DNA from: a bacterium
GTDB taxonomy: Bacteria > Electryoneota > Electryoneia > Electryoneales > Electryoneaceae
Direction of reading: 5' to 3'
Length of the DNA: 64,000 bases
NCBI GenBank assembly: GCA_963669175.1
Contig: OY769902.1
Location: 1,440,001-1,504,000 of the forward strand
Under the pieces are notes generated by a model. The model saw only the letters and a program-made list of their open reading frames with translations, ran no database searches and was not told the DNA's origin. Position numbers and translations under genes: made by a program. Within the stretch, counting starts at the first letter, position 1; each line of letters begins with the position of its first letter. Of the stretch, positions 21,112-30,019 are shown one piece after another.

Positions 21112-22251
21112 ATGCTGCGAAAGTTACCTATTCATTTTGATCGTGAAAAGCTGGTTCTGGATTTTCAGGAACGCGTGCATACTACGCTGGTGAAAACCAT
21201 TTCCAGCGGTATCCATGCCGATAATGCGGAAGACCGTCTCAGAAAACTCCGCGAAATCTACGTGGGCATGCCGCCGGAGCAACTGGCGCAACTCCTGATC
21301 CGTACTGCACAACGGAAAACTCAGATCAGTGGAGGCATTTCCGGGACAACCACGACCGGTAGCGATATGCTCTTTTTCGCGCCTGATCCGACCCTGTTGA
21401 CAAAGGCGTTTGGCCTGGGCGGGATGGCGGCATCGGTAAGCGGCGACCTGATCAATGTTTCACGTATCCAGATGCAGCTCATCTACGATATCGCCATGCT
21501 GTACGGTGTGCCTTATGACCCGGACGATGAAGAGGACATCTGGGCGATCTTCATGGCGGCGTTTGGATCGAAAGGTCTGGAGAAGGCCAGCCTCTATACC
21601 CATCGTGTGTTTGCTGAGTTTGCACGGCGTCAGCTTGGCAACCTGATGAAAAGCGGGATGAAGCAGACGGTACAGGTGTGGGCACGCAAAGTCCTGGGAC
21701 GCACCCTGGCGAAGCTTCTCGCTGAACGCTATGTCATGCGCTTGATTCCAGTAGCAAACATCGCTATCGGCGCTGTAGGAAACGGCCTGGTGACAAAGCA
21801 GGTGGGGAAATGGGCGGTGGTGCGTGCACGTATCCGTTCGGCCACGTTCAAACATATGGATGTGCTGCTGAAAAGCGGACGCGAACATGTGGAATTGATT
21901 CCGGCCGTGATCTTCCTCGCCGGGACCGCTGACGATACGCTGACGGTGAATGCGGCGGGTTTGTATCGTCAAAGTCTGAAGCGGCTGGGGTTGACTGATG
22001 GTGAAAAGGAAAATGTGCAACGTCTTCTGAACGAGTTTGACGTGGAGCAGGCGGTGATCGAACAGCTTGAAGAAATAAAAGACCCTGATGTCCGAAAACA
22101 TCTCTTTGGTCTGGCGCTGGTGACCAATGCGGCGGCAACCCTGAAGGCGAAAGCGGAAGATCATACGACGCTGACACGTATCGCCGCGGCGTTGCGACAG
22201 CCTTATCGTCCCCCTCATCTGCAGGAAAAAATCAGGGAATTGAAGAAATAG
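21112..22251 (+). CDS. EcsC-family protein with TerB-like helical C-terminus
   Basis: IQMQLIYDIAMLYG.PYD; RLIPVANIAIGAVGN. Confidence 0.65.
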   Translation: MLRKLPIHFDREKLVLDFQERVHTTLVKTISSGIHADNAEDRLRKLREIYVGMPPEQLAQLLIRTAQRKTQISGGISGTTTTGSDMLFFAPDPTLLTKAFGLGGMAASVSGDLINVSRIQMQLIYDIAMLYGVPYDPDDEEDIWAIFMAAFGSKGLEKASLYTHRVFAEFARRQLGNLMKSGMKQTVQVWARKVLGRTLAKLLAERYVMRLIPVANIAIGAVGNGLVTKQVGKWAVVRARIRSATFKHMDVLLKSGREHVELIPAVIFLAGTADDTLTVNAAGLYRQSLKRLGLTDGEKENVQRLLNEFDVEQAVIEQLEEIKDPDVRKHLFGLALVTNAAATLKAKAEDHTTLTRIAAALRQPYRPPHLQEKIRELKK

Positions 22252-22311
22252 GAAGTCAGTAGCCCGGCCATGCTTGGCCGGGGAAGGCCCGGTGCTCTCA
22301 TCCCAGCCTTC

Positions 22312-22512
22312 CAGGCTGTCGCAAAATAGGCATACTCTCATCCCAGCGAAGGCTGGGATCCAGTCATATTGCGATATTACAAGAGGTTAAGTATTCTCAA
22401 GAAACGCTGTACATTGAGAGTCGTCATAAAGTCCACCTTGTTATTATGTCGGTACATGCCTGGATCCCAGCCTTCGCTGGGATGAGAGTGTTTTCTATTC
22501 TGATAGAGTCTG
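22312..22512. mobile_element. Putative MITE with IS1182-like imperfect ends, carrying an inverted REP pair, 4-bp TSD CTTC
   Basis: Left end CAGGCTGTCGCAAAATAG and right end CTATTCTGATAGAGTCTG (13/18 complementary); CTTC on both sides; internal 29-bp IR at 22334-22362 and 22461-22489. Confidence 0.5.
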
Positions 22513-22746
22513 CTTCGCTGGGATGAGAGTGTTTTCTATTCTGATAGAGTCTGCTTCGCTGGGATGAGAGTGTTTTCTATTCTGATAGAGTCTGCTTCGC
22601 TGGGATGAGAGTGTTTTCTATTCTGATAGAGTCTGCTTCGCTGGGATGAGAGTGTTTTCTATTCTGATAGAGTCTGCTTCGCTGGGATGAGAGTATTCTC
22701 TATTCTGATAGAGTCTGCTTCGCTGGGATGAGAGTGTTTTCTATTC
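22472..22746 (+). repeat. 41-bp tandem repeat, 6 full copies plus 1 partial
   Basis: CTTCGCTGGGATGAGAGTGTTTTCTATTCTGATAGAGTCTG starting at 22472, 22513, 22554, 22595, 22636, 22677 and 22718. Confidence 0.95.
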
Positions 22747-22911
22747 GAGGACTGGCACTACACTGGTGATGACAGAATGGGACATTTTTTTCGAAATTCA
22801 CTCTATAAGTGGATAAATATCAAGCGTGTCACTAATAATCTTCTGTATATCCCGCTAAATCAACACATTAAAATCAAGCCGTTATCCTGTTCATCTTTGC
22901 TGTTATCCTCT

Positions 22912-24243
22912 TCATCCTGTAAATCCCTTGAGCAGATCCCGGAGGAATGCGGCGGTTTTGATTCCGCGCTGGTCCCAGAGCAGATCTTTCGCACGCTCAT
23001 GCGCGGCCTTCGCCATTTCAAGCTGAGTCTCATCCGAAGAGGTAACTTTTGTCAGCGCTTCTGTCAGGGCAGCGACATCTCCCGGCGGCATATACAAGGC
23101 TGCGTCTCCTGCCAGTTCGCGTACTGCCAGCAAGTCGCTGGTGATCACCGGGACAGCATGGGCGAGGTAATCGAAGAGTTTGGAGGGCGCTGTCAGGTAG
23201 CGATTATAGAACGTATCCCGCAAGGGCAGTACCGCGATGGACGCACTGTTCAACTTCTCACGCATGGCTGTATCATTCAACCAGCCGGTAATCTCGACAC
23301 GATCTCCCAGCCCAGCCGTTTCCGCCTTGCTACGAACCCCATTGATCTCAGCGTCATCACGTCCCCCGATGAACAGCAGCCGCCAGTCATCCGTCAGCTT
23401 CGCATTGTGAAACGCTTCAATCAGCAGGTCCACACCTTTCTGGCCCTGAAGGCTGCCCAGGTAGGCGATGGTTTTACGAGCAGGGCGTTGCGGATCGGGA
23501 TCACGCGCTCGGTCCAGACCGGGGTGCGCCGCAAGAATCGCCTTGCCCGGCAGGTATTCACGGTATAACGCTGCCTGCACCTCCAGCAACGGAAGATGAC
23601 CGTCGATCTTTGGCAGGCAACGCTGCTCCATCTTCTGGTATCGTTTCAAGCGCTTGCTGTTCGGGTCAATATCCTCACGCCGGGACAGGTCCATGTAAAA
23701 ATTGTGGCTGTCATGAATTGACAGCAGGTGAAGCGGTCCCTGCTTCGCATGGGTGGCGATGCTGCGCCATTTGACGAGGAAAGGCAGGGCACGAGTGTCG
23801 CGGCTCATGACCACATTGACGCCATGGGAGCGTACCAACCGTTTCAACAACCAGCCGGCGCGAGTGAAGAACACAGCACGATCCGAAGCGGGCTTCCAGT
23901 GCGGCATGGGGATGACATGGATGTGCAGGTTTTCCGGGGGGGTGATGCCATATTCCTGTTCCAGTACCGCGCGACCGTCCCCGTTGCGCCCGTCAAACCC
24001 ACGATCCGCCGATTGCACGATATAATGAACCGTAACACCCGCGTTGGCAATGGCCGTCATGAAACGTGCCCCGAACGGCCCGGCCGGAATCGCAGAGGGC
24101 CAACGGATGAAATTGACATACGCCAGCACCGGGTCGACCTGTCCCCCGGACGGTTTCGTTTCCACCTGGGGGCGAGTCAGCTCAATCGATTGAGCCTGCA
24201 TCGCGCTGCAATCACGGCAGTAGGGAGTGTTGGATGAAGCCAT
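22912..24243 (-). CDS. Glycosyltransferase family 4 protein
   Basis: YLGSLQGQKGVDLLIEAF; PSKLFDYLAHAVPVITSDL. Confidence 0.9.
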   Translation of the reverse strand: MASSNTPYCRDCSAMQAQSIELTRPQVETKPSGGQVDPVLAYVNFIRWPSAIPAGPFGARFMTAIANAGVTVHYIVQSADRGFDGRNGDGRAVLEQEYGITPPENLHIHVIPMPHWKPASDRAVFFTRAGWLLKRLVRSHGVNVVMSRDTRALPFLVKWRSIATHAKQGPLHLLSIHDSHNFYMDLSRREDIDPNSKRLKRYQKMEQRCLPKIDGHLPLLEVQAALYREYLPGKAILAAHPGLDRARDPDPQRPARKTIAYLGSLQGQKGVDLLIEAFHNAKLTDDWRLLFIGGRDDAEINGVRSKAETAGLGDRVEITGWLNDTAMREKLNSASIAVLPLRDTFYNRYLTAPSKLFDYLAHAVPVITSDLLAVRELAGDAALYMPPGDVAALTEALTKVTSSDETQLEMAKAAHERAKDLLWDQRGIKTAAFLRDLLKGFTG

Positions 24244-24362
24244 AGATAAAAGCGACCTGTTGCGTTATCGCTAAATTCGCAAGATAATAATTATAACTGC
24301 GAGGATTATACTCCTATTCTACTTGAATCTTTCCTGTCATGCGAAACTGAAGGAGTTGCCAC

Positions 24363-24716
24363 GAAAAGGGGACGGAATCCTTTTCCGCGTGTCATGCTTC
24401 ATTCGTATATGCTGCTTTTTCGGAAAAGGAAGCTGTACCCTTTTCGCAGTGATCAGGCCTGATATCATTTGTTCTTCCTGATCCCGACTTGCTCCTCAAG
24501 TGTATCACAGAAGCAGGATTGGCTCTCATCGTCTGCGTATCCAAAGTATCTACTAACTCAGATGGTGAGTCGGGCCATACGGGCGAGAGCCTGTTAGAGT
24601 TTTGATGGCAGAAAATGCAAAATCTCACTGGCAAAGGGGGACAGTCACCTTTTCGATTTCCTGCATTACATATTATCCCACACCAGCGCGACGAAAAGGA
24701 AACAGTCCCCCTTTAC
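24363..24716 (+). repeat. REP quartet (family B), copy 3, with long central spacer
   Basis: AAAAGGGGACGGAATCCTTTT, AAAAGGAAGCTGTACCCTTTT, GGGGACAGTCACCTTTT, AAAAGGAAACAGTCCCCCTTT. Confidence 0.75.
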
Positions 24717-24770
24717 TGCAAATCATTCTGAACGCTCCCTATTCTCTTAATCCTCGAGATCCCCGTTCAA

Positions 24771-24867
24771 GCCGGGGATGACATTGTAAAGCCGGGGATG
24801 ACATTGTAAAGCCGGGGATGACATTGTAAAGCCGGGGATGACATTGCAAAGCCGGGGATGACATTGT
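24771..24867 (+). repeat. 20-bp tandem repeat x5 derived from a REP half
   Basis: GCCGGGGATGACATTGTAAA at 24771, 24791, 24811, 24831 and 24851, preceded by GAGATCCCCG. Confidence 0.9.
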
Positions 24868-25033
24868 GAGGAAACAGTCCCCCTTTACGGTTGTATTCTC
24901 ACTTTATTGATACAGCCAATCCTTCCAGGAGAAAAATGATCTGGAGAGTACCGGAAACTTGTATCGAAGCCACTTTTCAGTGCATATTACAAGAGGCCAC
25001 CAATAACACCCCGCAATACCGACAGGTACTCCT

Positions 25034-28000
25034 ATGATACGGATCTCTGTGTGCCTTCTCTTGAGCATGCTGGTAATGCTGGTGTGCGCTTTCCCTGTCT
25101 ATTCCGAAACCGTTGTTGAAGGTGTCGCTTCCGGTGTCTGGGAGCCTTCCGGTAATCCGTATATCCTCAGCAGTTATACAGTCGTTGTACCACTCGATTC
25201 TACCCTGGATATCATGCCGGGTACGGAAATTCAATTTGGTGACTGTGAGTATTTCCGTGTGCTGGGTGTGATTTCCGCAACAGGTTCAGAGGAGTTCCCG
25301 GTTCAATGGGAAACCGGTACTGGTTACAATTGTTCCATCGGCCTGGCGTCTGAACCGGAAGATACAAATCGTTTTGCCAGGGTTCACTTCAGCGGGGATA
25401 GGGATTATCTAAGAATAAGTTCTACCGATGGTTGTACAATCTGGGATTCCTGCCAGTTCAATTTGAATCACAAGAACCTGATACTAAATGTTCAGAGTGA
25501 TTGGATCATGGATAACAACCTGTGGTTCAATACAGCAATTACACTGGAAATGTCCTCCGGGATTCTGCGGTTTACTAACGACAGGATGGAGGGAGAGGGG
25601 AGTGTGGTTGCCTATGTAAGTGCTGATAATATTCTTATTCAGAACAGTAGTTTCATGAATTCTGAATTGTATTTGGACGCTACATATCTGGAACTGGATA
25701 ACAATGAATTGGGGGTTTGTCTAGTGGAAGGAGGAGCTTATGTCACAGTCAATGACAATGATCTTGAGATGCTGCAGATAGAAAGTTCAAATCATGTAAC
25801 TGTATCGGAAAATCATTTCCGGAAGAATATGAACTATGGCTATAATGGTTATCAGTTCCTCTGTGAGGCCGGGCAGGCCAGCATCTCCGGTAACCGCAAC
25901 ATAAACGATGCATGTTTCATCGAAATGTTTGTGGATTCAGAGATTGAGTACAACGAGTTTACTGCCAATGTCACCCTGTCAGATTGCCAGGCAAACTTTC
26001 ATAACAACACGCTTGTATTGCTGCATGAAAACTATACCCAACAAGACAGAGCAATCCTGACTTGTCGTGACGGAAGCCGTGCCACCATCGATAACAACAT
26101 CTTTGTCGGCGTTTCCGAGCTGCTCACTCCCTGCGCCATCGAAGTCATGGAGCAATCAGACGTAAACATCAGGAATAATTGTTTTCACCGTGTCGGTGAA
26201 CCGGTAACGGGCGATCAAGCCCATGATACGATCTTAGCTGATCCCTGTTTTGTGAATGAGGAGGCGGGGGATTACCACCTGCAGGCTCATTCGCCGTGTA
26301 TTGACGCCGGAGCCGCAGGGTACTGGGATGAGGACGCCAGTGTTGCTGATGTAGGCGCTTTTCCGTTTGACAACAGGGAAGCTCATCCACCGACTTTGGC
26401 CACAGCACGCCAGGTGCAGGCGGTGAAGGGTGAAATGGTACGGTTTACAGTGTGCGCGTCGGATGACGGCGAAACTCTCGATATCTCCTTCTCAGGTTTG
26501 CCCTGCTGGCTTTCTCCGGGTTTCGCAAGGTCCGAACTGGATGCAGTACTCGACTCGGTGATGCTGGAAGGTGTGGTCCCGACGAATGCGACCGATAGCT
26601 GGGTAGTGGTGACTATGCTTTCCGGTAACAATGAAACGAGTGTCGATTCCCTGCTTGTCCATGTCTACGAACAACGCCTGTCCGGCGAGCTATCCGGGAC
26701 TATTTCAGCTTCAGAAGCGCCCTACCTGATGGATGGAGATACATGGATAGCCGAGAATGGCAATGCTCTCTTTGAACCGGGCGTCGTGGTAGAGGTATTA
26801 GAAGATCTCAACGATCCATTGGGCATTGATATCTATGGAGATGTTGAGTTGCAGGGCATTGAGGCGGATAGTATTGTTTTCCGGAGTGCAGCATTGTTCC
26901 CGGGACGTCATGCCTGGCGAGGAATTACGCTAAGGGAAGATCCCGCTGAAATCGCTTTCCGGTATGTTGTCATTGAAGATGCAGATACTGCGTTGTCTGT
27001 GATAACCTCGCAGCGGATCAGTTTGCACGACAGCCGTTTTTCTCATTGCAGGCAGGCAGTGACAATCTGTTCGAGCGACACAAGCTATATCAGCAGAAGC
27101 GAGTTTTTCGACAATAAGAATGGGGTGATCTTCACGGAAGACAATTATCATCGCACTGCCCTAGGCTATCTGGACAGCCTGTTATTTCGTGATACCAGAA
27201 GGATTGCGGTTGATATGCCACCAGGCAGACTGTCGGACAGCCGGATTGAAGGGGGATATGGCGGTATTTGTCGGTTTCGGTCAACATCGGGCGGAGGAGA
27301 ATATCAAATTCTTAACAATTATATATCAGATTGCTATTATGGATTTCAGGACTGGTATTCAAGTACATCGATGTTTATGTTCAAAAACAATATCTTCGTA
27401 AATTGTTGCTATATAGATCTTAATGGATCTTCAGTAACCTATTATTACCTGTATAATAATACATTTTACGCACCCGAAGTGCCTCGATATTCGTATATAT
27501 CCGGTTCTTTTACGAATTCTTATTTGGTGAATAATATTCTCTATTGCACCTATCCTGCTGATCATGAGGGTAATCATACTGAGTATTCCCGTGATTATAA
27601 TCTTATCAATATGGACAATTATGCTATGTATGGAGTTGGCAACATCCATGCTGATCCCCTTTTCCATAACGCGGCGGAGGGTGATTTTCACCTGATGGAA
27701 GGCTCGCCGTGTATTGATGCTGGTGATCCTACGTTTCCGTATGATCCTGACGGCACTCGTGCGGACATCGGCGCGATTCCCTACGATCCGGACTGGGTAC
27801 AAGTGGAAGACTTACGGCCGTTGCCAACCGAAGATGATGTCTGCCCGTTGTATCCCAATCCGTTTAACGGCACCACCACCTTGAAGATCAACCTTTCCGA
27901 CATGGCGGATGTGCAGGTGCATGTGTTCAACATTCTTGGGCAGAGGGTTGGACGTTACCAGTGGGAGAGCCTGTGCGGCGGCGAACATCGTCTGCACCTG

Positions 28001-28117
28001 GATCGTCAGGGACTGGATTTTACCACGCTCGCCAGTGGAGTCTATTTCTTCCGTGTGGAATTGATGCGCGCCAAAGGAAACGAGCTGTACATGTTGAAGG
28101 CGGTGCATATCAAGTAA
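25034..28117 (+). CDS. Secreted right-handed beta-helix repeat protein with T9SS-type C-terminal domain
   Basis: Signal peptide; two beta-helix modules each ending ADP.F....GD(Y/F)HL...SPCIDAG; C-terminus YPNPFN...ASGVYF. Confidence 0.85.
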   Translation: MIRISVCLLLSMLVMLVCAFPVYSETVVEGVASGVWEPSGNPYILSSYTVVVPLDSTLDIMPGTEIQFGDCEYFRVLGVISATGSEEFPVQWETGTGYNCSIGLASEPEDTNRFARVHFSGDRDYLRISSTDGCTIWDSCQFNLNHKNLILNVQSDWIMDNNLWFNTAITLEMSSGILRFTNDRMEGEGSVVAYVSADNILIQNSSFMNSELYLDATYLELDNNELGVCLVEGGAYVTVNDNDLEMLQIESSNHVTVSENHFRKNMNYGYNGYQFLCEAGQASISGNRNINDACFIEMFVDSEIEYNEFTANVTLSDCQANFHNNTLVLLHENYTQQDRAILTCRDGSRATIDNNIFVGVSELLTPCAIEVMEQSDVNIRNNCFHRVGEPVTGDQAHDTILADPCFVNEEAGDYHLQAHSPCIDAGAAGYWDEDASVADVGAFPFDNREAHPPTLATARQVQAVKGEMVRFTVCASDDGETLDISFSGLPCWLSPGFARSELDAVLDSVMLEGVVPTNATDSWVVVTMLSGNNETSVDSLLVHVYEQRLSGELSGTISASEAPYLMDGDTWIAENGNALFEPGVVVEVLEDLNDPLGIDIYGDVELQGIEADSIVFRSAALFPGRHAWRGITLREDPAEIAFRYVVIEDADTALSVITSQRISLHDSRFSHCRQAVTICSSDTSYISRSEFFDNKNGVIFTEDNYHRTALGYLDSLLFRDTRRIAVDMPPGRLSDSRIEGGYGGICRFRSTSGGGEYQILNNYISDCYYGFQDWYSSTSMFMFKNNIFVNCCYIDLNGSSVTYYYLYNNTFYAPEVPRYSYISGSFTNSYLVNNILYCTYPADHEGNHTEYSRDYNLINMDNYAMYGVGNIHADPLFHNAAEGDFHLMEGSPCIDAGDPTFPYDPDGTRADIGAIPYDPDWVQVEDLRPLPTEDDVCPLYPNPFNGTTTLKINLSDMADVQVHVFNILGQRVGRYQWESLCGGEHRLHLDRQGLDFTTLASGVYFFRVELMRAKGNELYMLKAVHIK

Positions 28118-28122
28118 TAGCT

Positions 28123-28248
28123 GGGAAAATGGGGACTGCCACTCTTTTCGCTTGTGAATAGACCAGGGATAGTTGACCATGTTTTGCTTTTATTGAAAAA
28201 TTGGTTTTGGAAAGACCTATTGCGAAAAGGTAACGGTCCCATTTTTCG
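28123..28248. repeat. Family B REP doublet just after the stop codon
   Basis: AAAATGGGGACTGCCACTCTTTTCGC ... GCGAAAAGGTAACGGTCCCATTTT in inverted orientation. Confidence 0.6.
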
Positions 28249-28525
28249 CTTTCATATCCACTCCGCAGGGATTACCGAACACAACATAGGACCATACCGT
28301 CAGTTTGGCACGCCCCTGCAAAAGGAAGCGTCCAGATTTCAATCACTCAGTGGTTGCCCAATAGTATATACAAAAAAAAATAAGGACTAACTTATTAATA
28401 TCAATTAAAATAGACCCCGCCGGACAAGCCGCTCGGGGCCAATAGAATACAATCTTTTCGTTATGTCTTCCCAATATTCTGAGGAAACGGTTAACAAGCA
28501 TCAAGGCTTTTTATCAATAGAGATT

Positions 28526-30019
28526 TTACCTGTTCACAGAACCTGAATTCAGTTGCCCCGGGGGTGTGCCCGGACCGAGTCGCTCGGGGATAGTGAAGGA
28601 TTCAGTCAGGATTTTCTGGAAATAGCGGTAGGATGAATACAGGGGCCGCAAGCGTATGATCAGCGTGTACTCACCGGCGGGCAGAACGGTGGCGTAGTCA
28701 CCGGGAGTCGAGATGAATTCCTGCAGGTGGCGATTACGGGAGCCGTGAACCAGGGGCATAATCGTACTGGCCATGCCGGCATCACGAATCACCTCGCTGA
28801 TATGAACGATATCGCCCTTCTCATCCTGTATTTCAAATTGGACCCGTGCTTTTTCCGTGAGCACCATATTCACTTCGAGCGCATTCATGTCCGGCCGGTA
28901 AATAACCTGGGGCTTGCCACGCACATCCGTGCCGACCCACAGGTACTGCGCCCCGATTTGTTCAGCAACGAACGTACGTCCCCGCCTACGCCATATCCCG
29001 ACCCCGGTGGGGCCGGTGAATTGGCCACGGTCATTGCCCTTCTCACCCCAGACGGTCAAGAGGTTTAAATCCGGATCAAACTTCAGCAGACGGTTGTTCG
29101 CACTGTCCGATGCCGCTACACAATGATGACGGTCCAGTTCGATATGGCTGATGTAAGCCGTTGGTCCCAGCGAATCAGGCAGGGTTCCAGAAGCCAGCAG
29201 ATCACCCTCAAAAGTAAATTTCTGCAAGCGCTTCCCGCCTGAATCACAAACCACGAAGTAGGCTTTGGGACGGGTGAACGATGTCCGGTCAAAGCAGGGA
29301 TCAGCTTCACTAATAGCAGCAAGAGCGGAAGGGTGGTCGAATCCGGGGAATTCCTGCAAAAGAACGCCGGAAGTATCGAATTCGAGCACACGTCCTGACC
29401 CTGCATCGGCAACGAACAACAAGCCGTCATGGGTTACATCGATCCCACGGGGATTCACCAGTCCAACCGTCGAATCCTGTCCGAACGAAGCCTGGTACAC
29501 CAGGTCTGCATCGATATTTCTCAGCTTGACAACCCTGCGGTTTCCGCTGTCAGTGACGAACACGAGACCGTTGGGCAGGCTGGTGATATCCCACGGTGTA
29601 TCCAGCGCCTCTTCACCCGTCAAACCCACGCCATACATCCCGATGCTGGTCATGGAGCGGTTGTAAATCAGCGCGTCCATCCCGGTGTTGCAGCCGTACA
29701 CGGTCATGTTGATCAGACGTCCGCGCTTGTTGCTGTCTTCTTCGTAACCAAGGCTGGTCGCGGAAAGCCCCTGCGGGTTGCTGAATTTTGCGCGCCCGAG
29801 GGTAAGCATGGTGAGCTGGGACTGTCGTCCCTGGATCACGATGGAATGACGTTTGGTCGGATACACCCACGTAGTGTGAGTCTTCTCATAGTCGTTCGCC
29901 CCCTGACGAGGGATTTCAGTTTCATACCTGTCTTTGATCTTCCCCAGGAGAGTAATGGGGAAGAAGAGAAGGATGAAGAAAGCGAGAATGAAGCATTTTC
30001 CGTTTGCGGTGAACGTCAT
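28526..30019 (-). CDS. Secreted NHL-repeat beta-propeller protein
   Basis: Signal peptide; repeats P.(D/G)I....G.VFV.DSGN.RV; WGEKGNDRGQFTGPTGV. Confidence 0.8.
   Translation of the reverse strand: MTFTANGKCFILAFFILLFFPITLLGKIKDRYETEIPRQGANDYEKTHTTWVYPTKRHSIVIQGRQSQLTMLTLGRAKFSNPQGLSATSLGYEEDSNKRGRLINMTVYGCNTGMDALIYNRSMTSIGMYGVGLTGEEALDTPWDITSLPNGLVFVTDSGNRRVVKLRNIDADLVYQASFGQDSTVGLVNPRGIDVTHDGLLFVADAGSGRVLEFDTSGVLLQEFPGFDHPSALAAISEADPCFDRTSFTRPKAYFVVCDSGGKRLQKFTFEGDLLASGTLPDSLGPTAYISHIELDRHHCVAASDSANNRLLKFDPDLNLLTVWGEKGNDRGQFTGPTGVGIWRRRGRTFVAEQIGAQYLWVGTDVRGKPQVIYRPDMNALEVNMVLTEKARVQFEIQDEKGDIVHISEVIRDAGMASTIMPLVHGSRNRHLQEFISTPGDYATVLPAGEYTLIIRLRPLYSSYRYFQKILTESFTIPERLGPGTPPGQLNSGSVNR

Noticed and set aside
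22472-22746. Possible CRISPR array (41-bp period)
   Set aside because: Units are essentially identical end to end with no unique spacers, and there are no cas genes in the window.
21460-23568. ORFs 21460-22341 (-) and 22777-23568 (+)
   Set aside because: Antisense to the EcsC-like and GT4 genes, with no protein-like features.
27290-27645. Diversity-generating retroelement variable region
   Set aside because: No reverse transcriptase and no template repeat differing at adenines was seen in the window.
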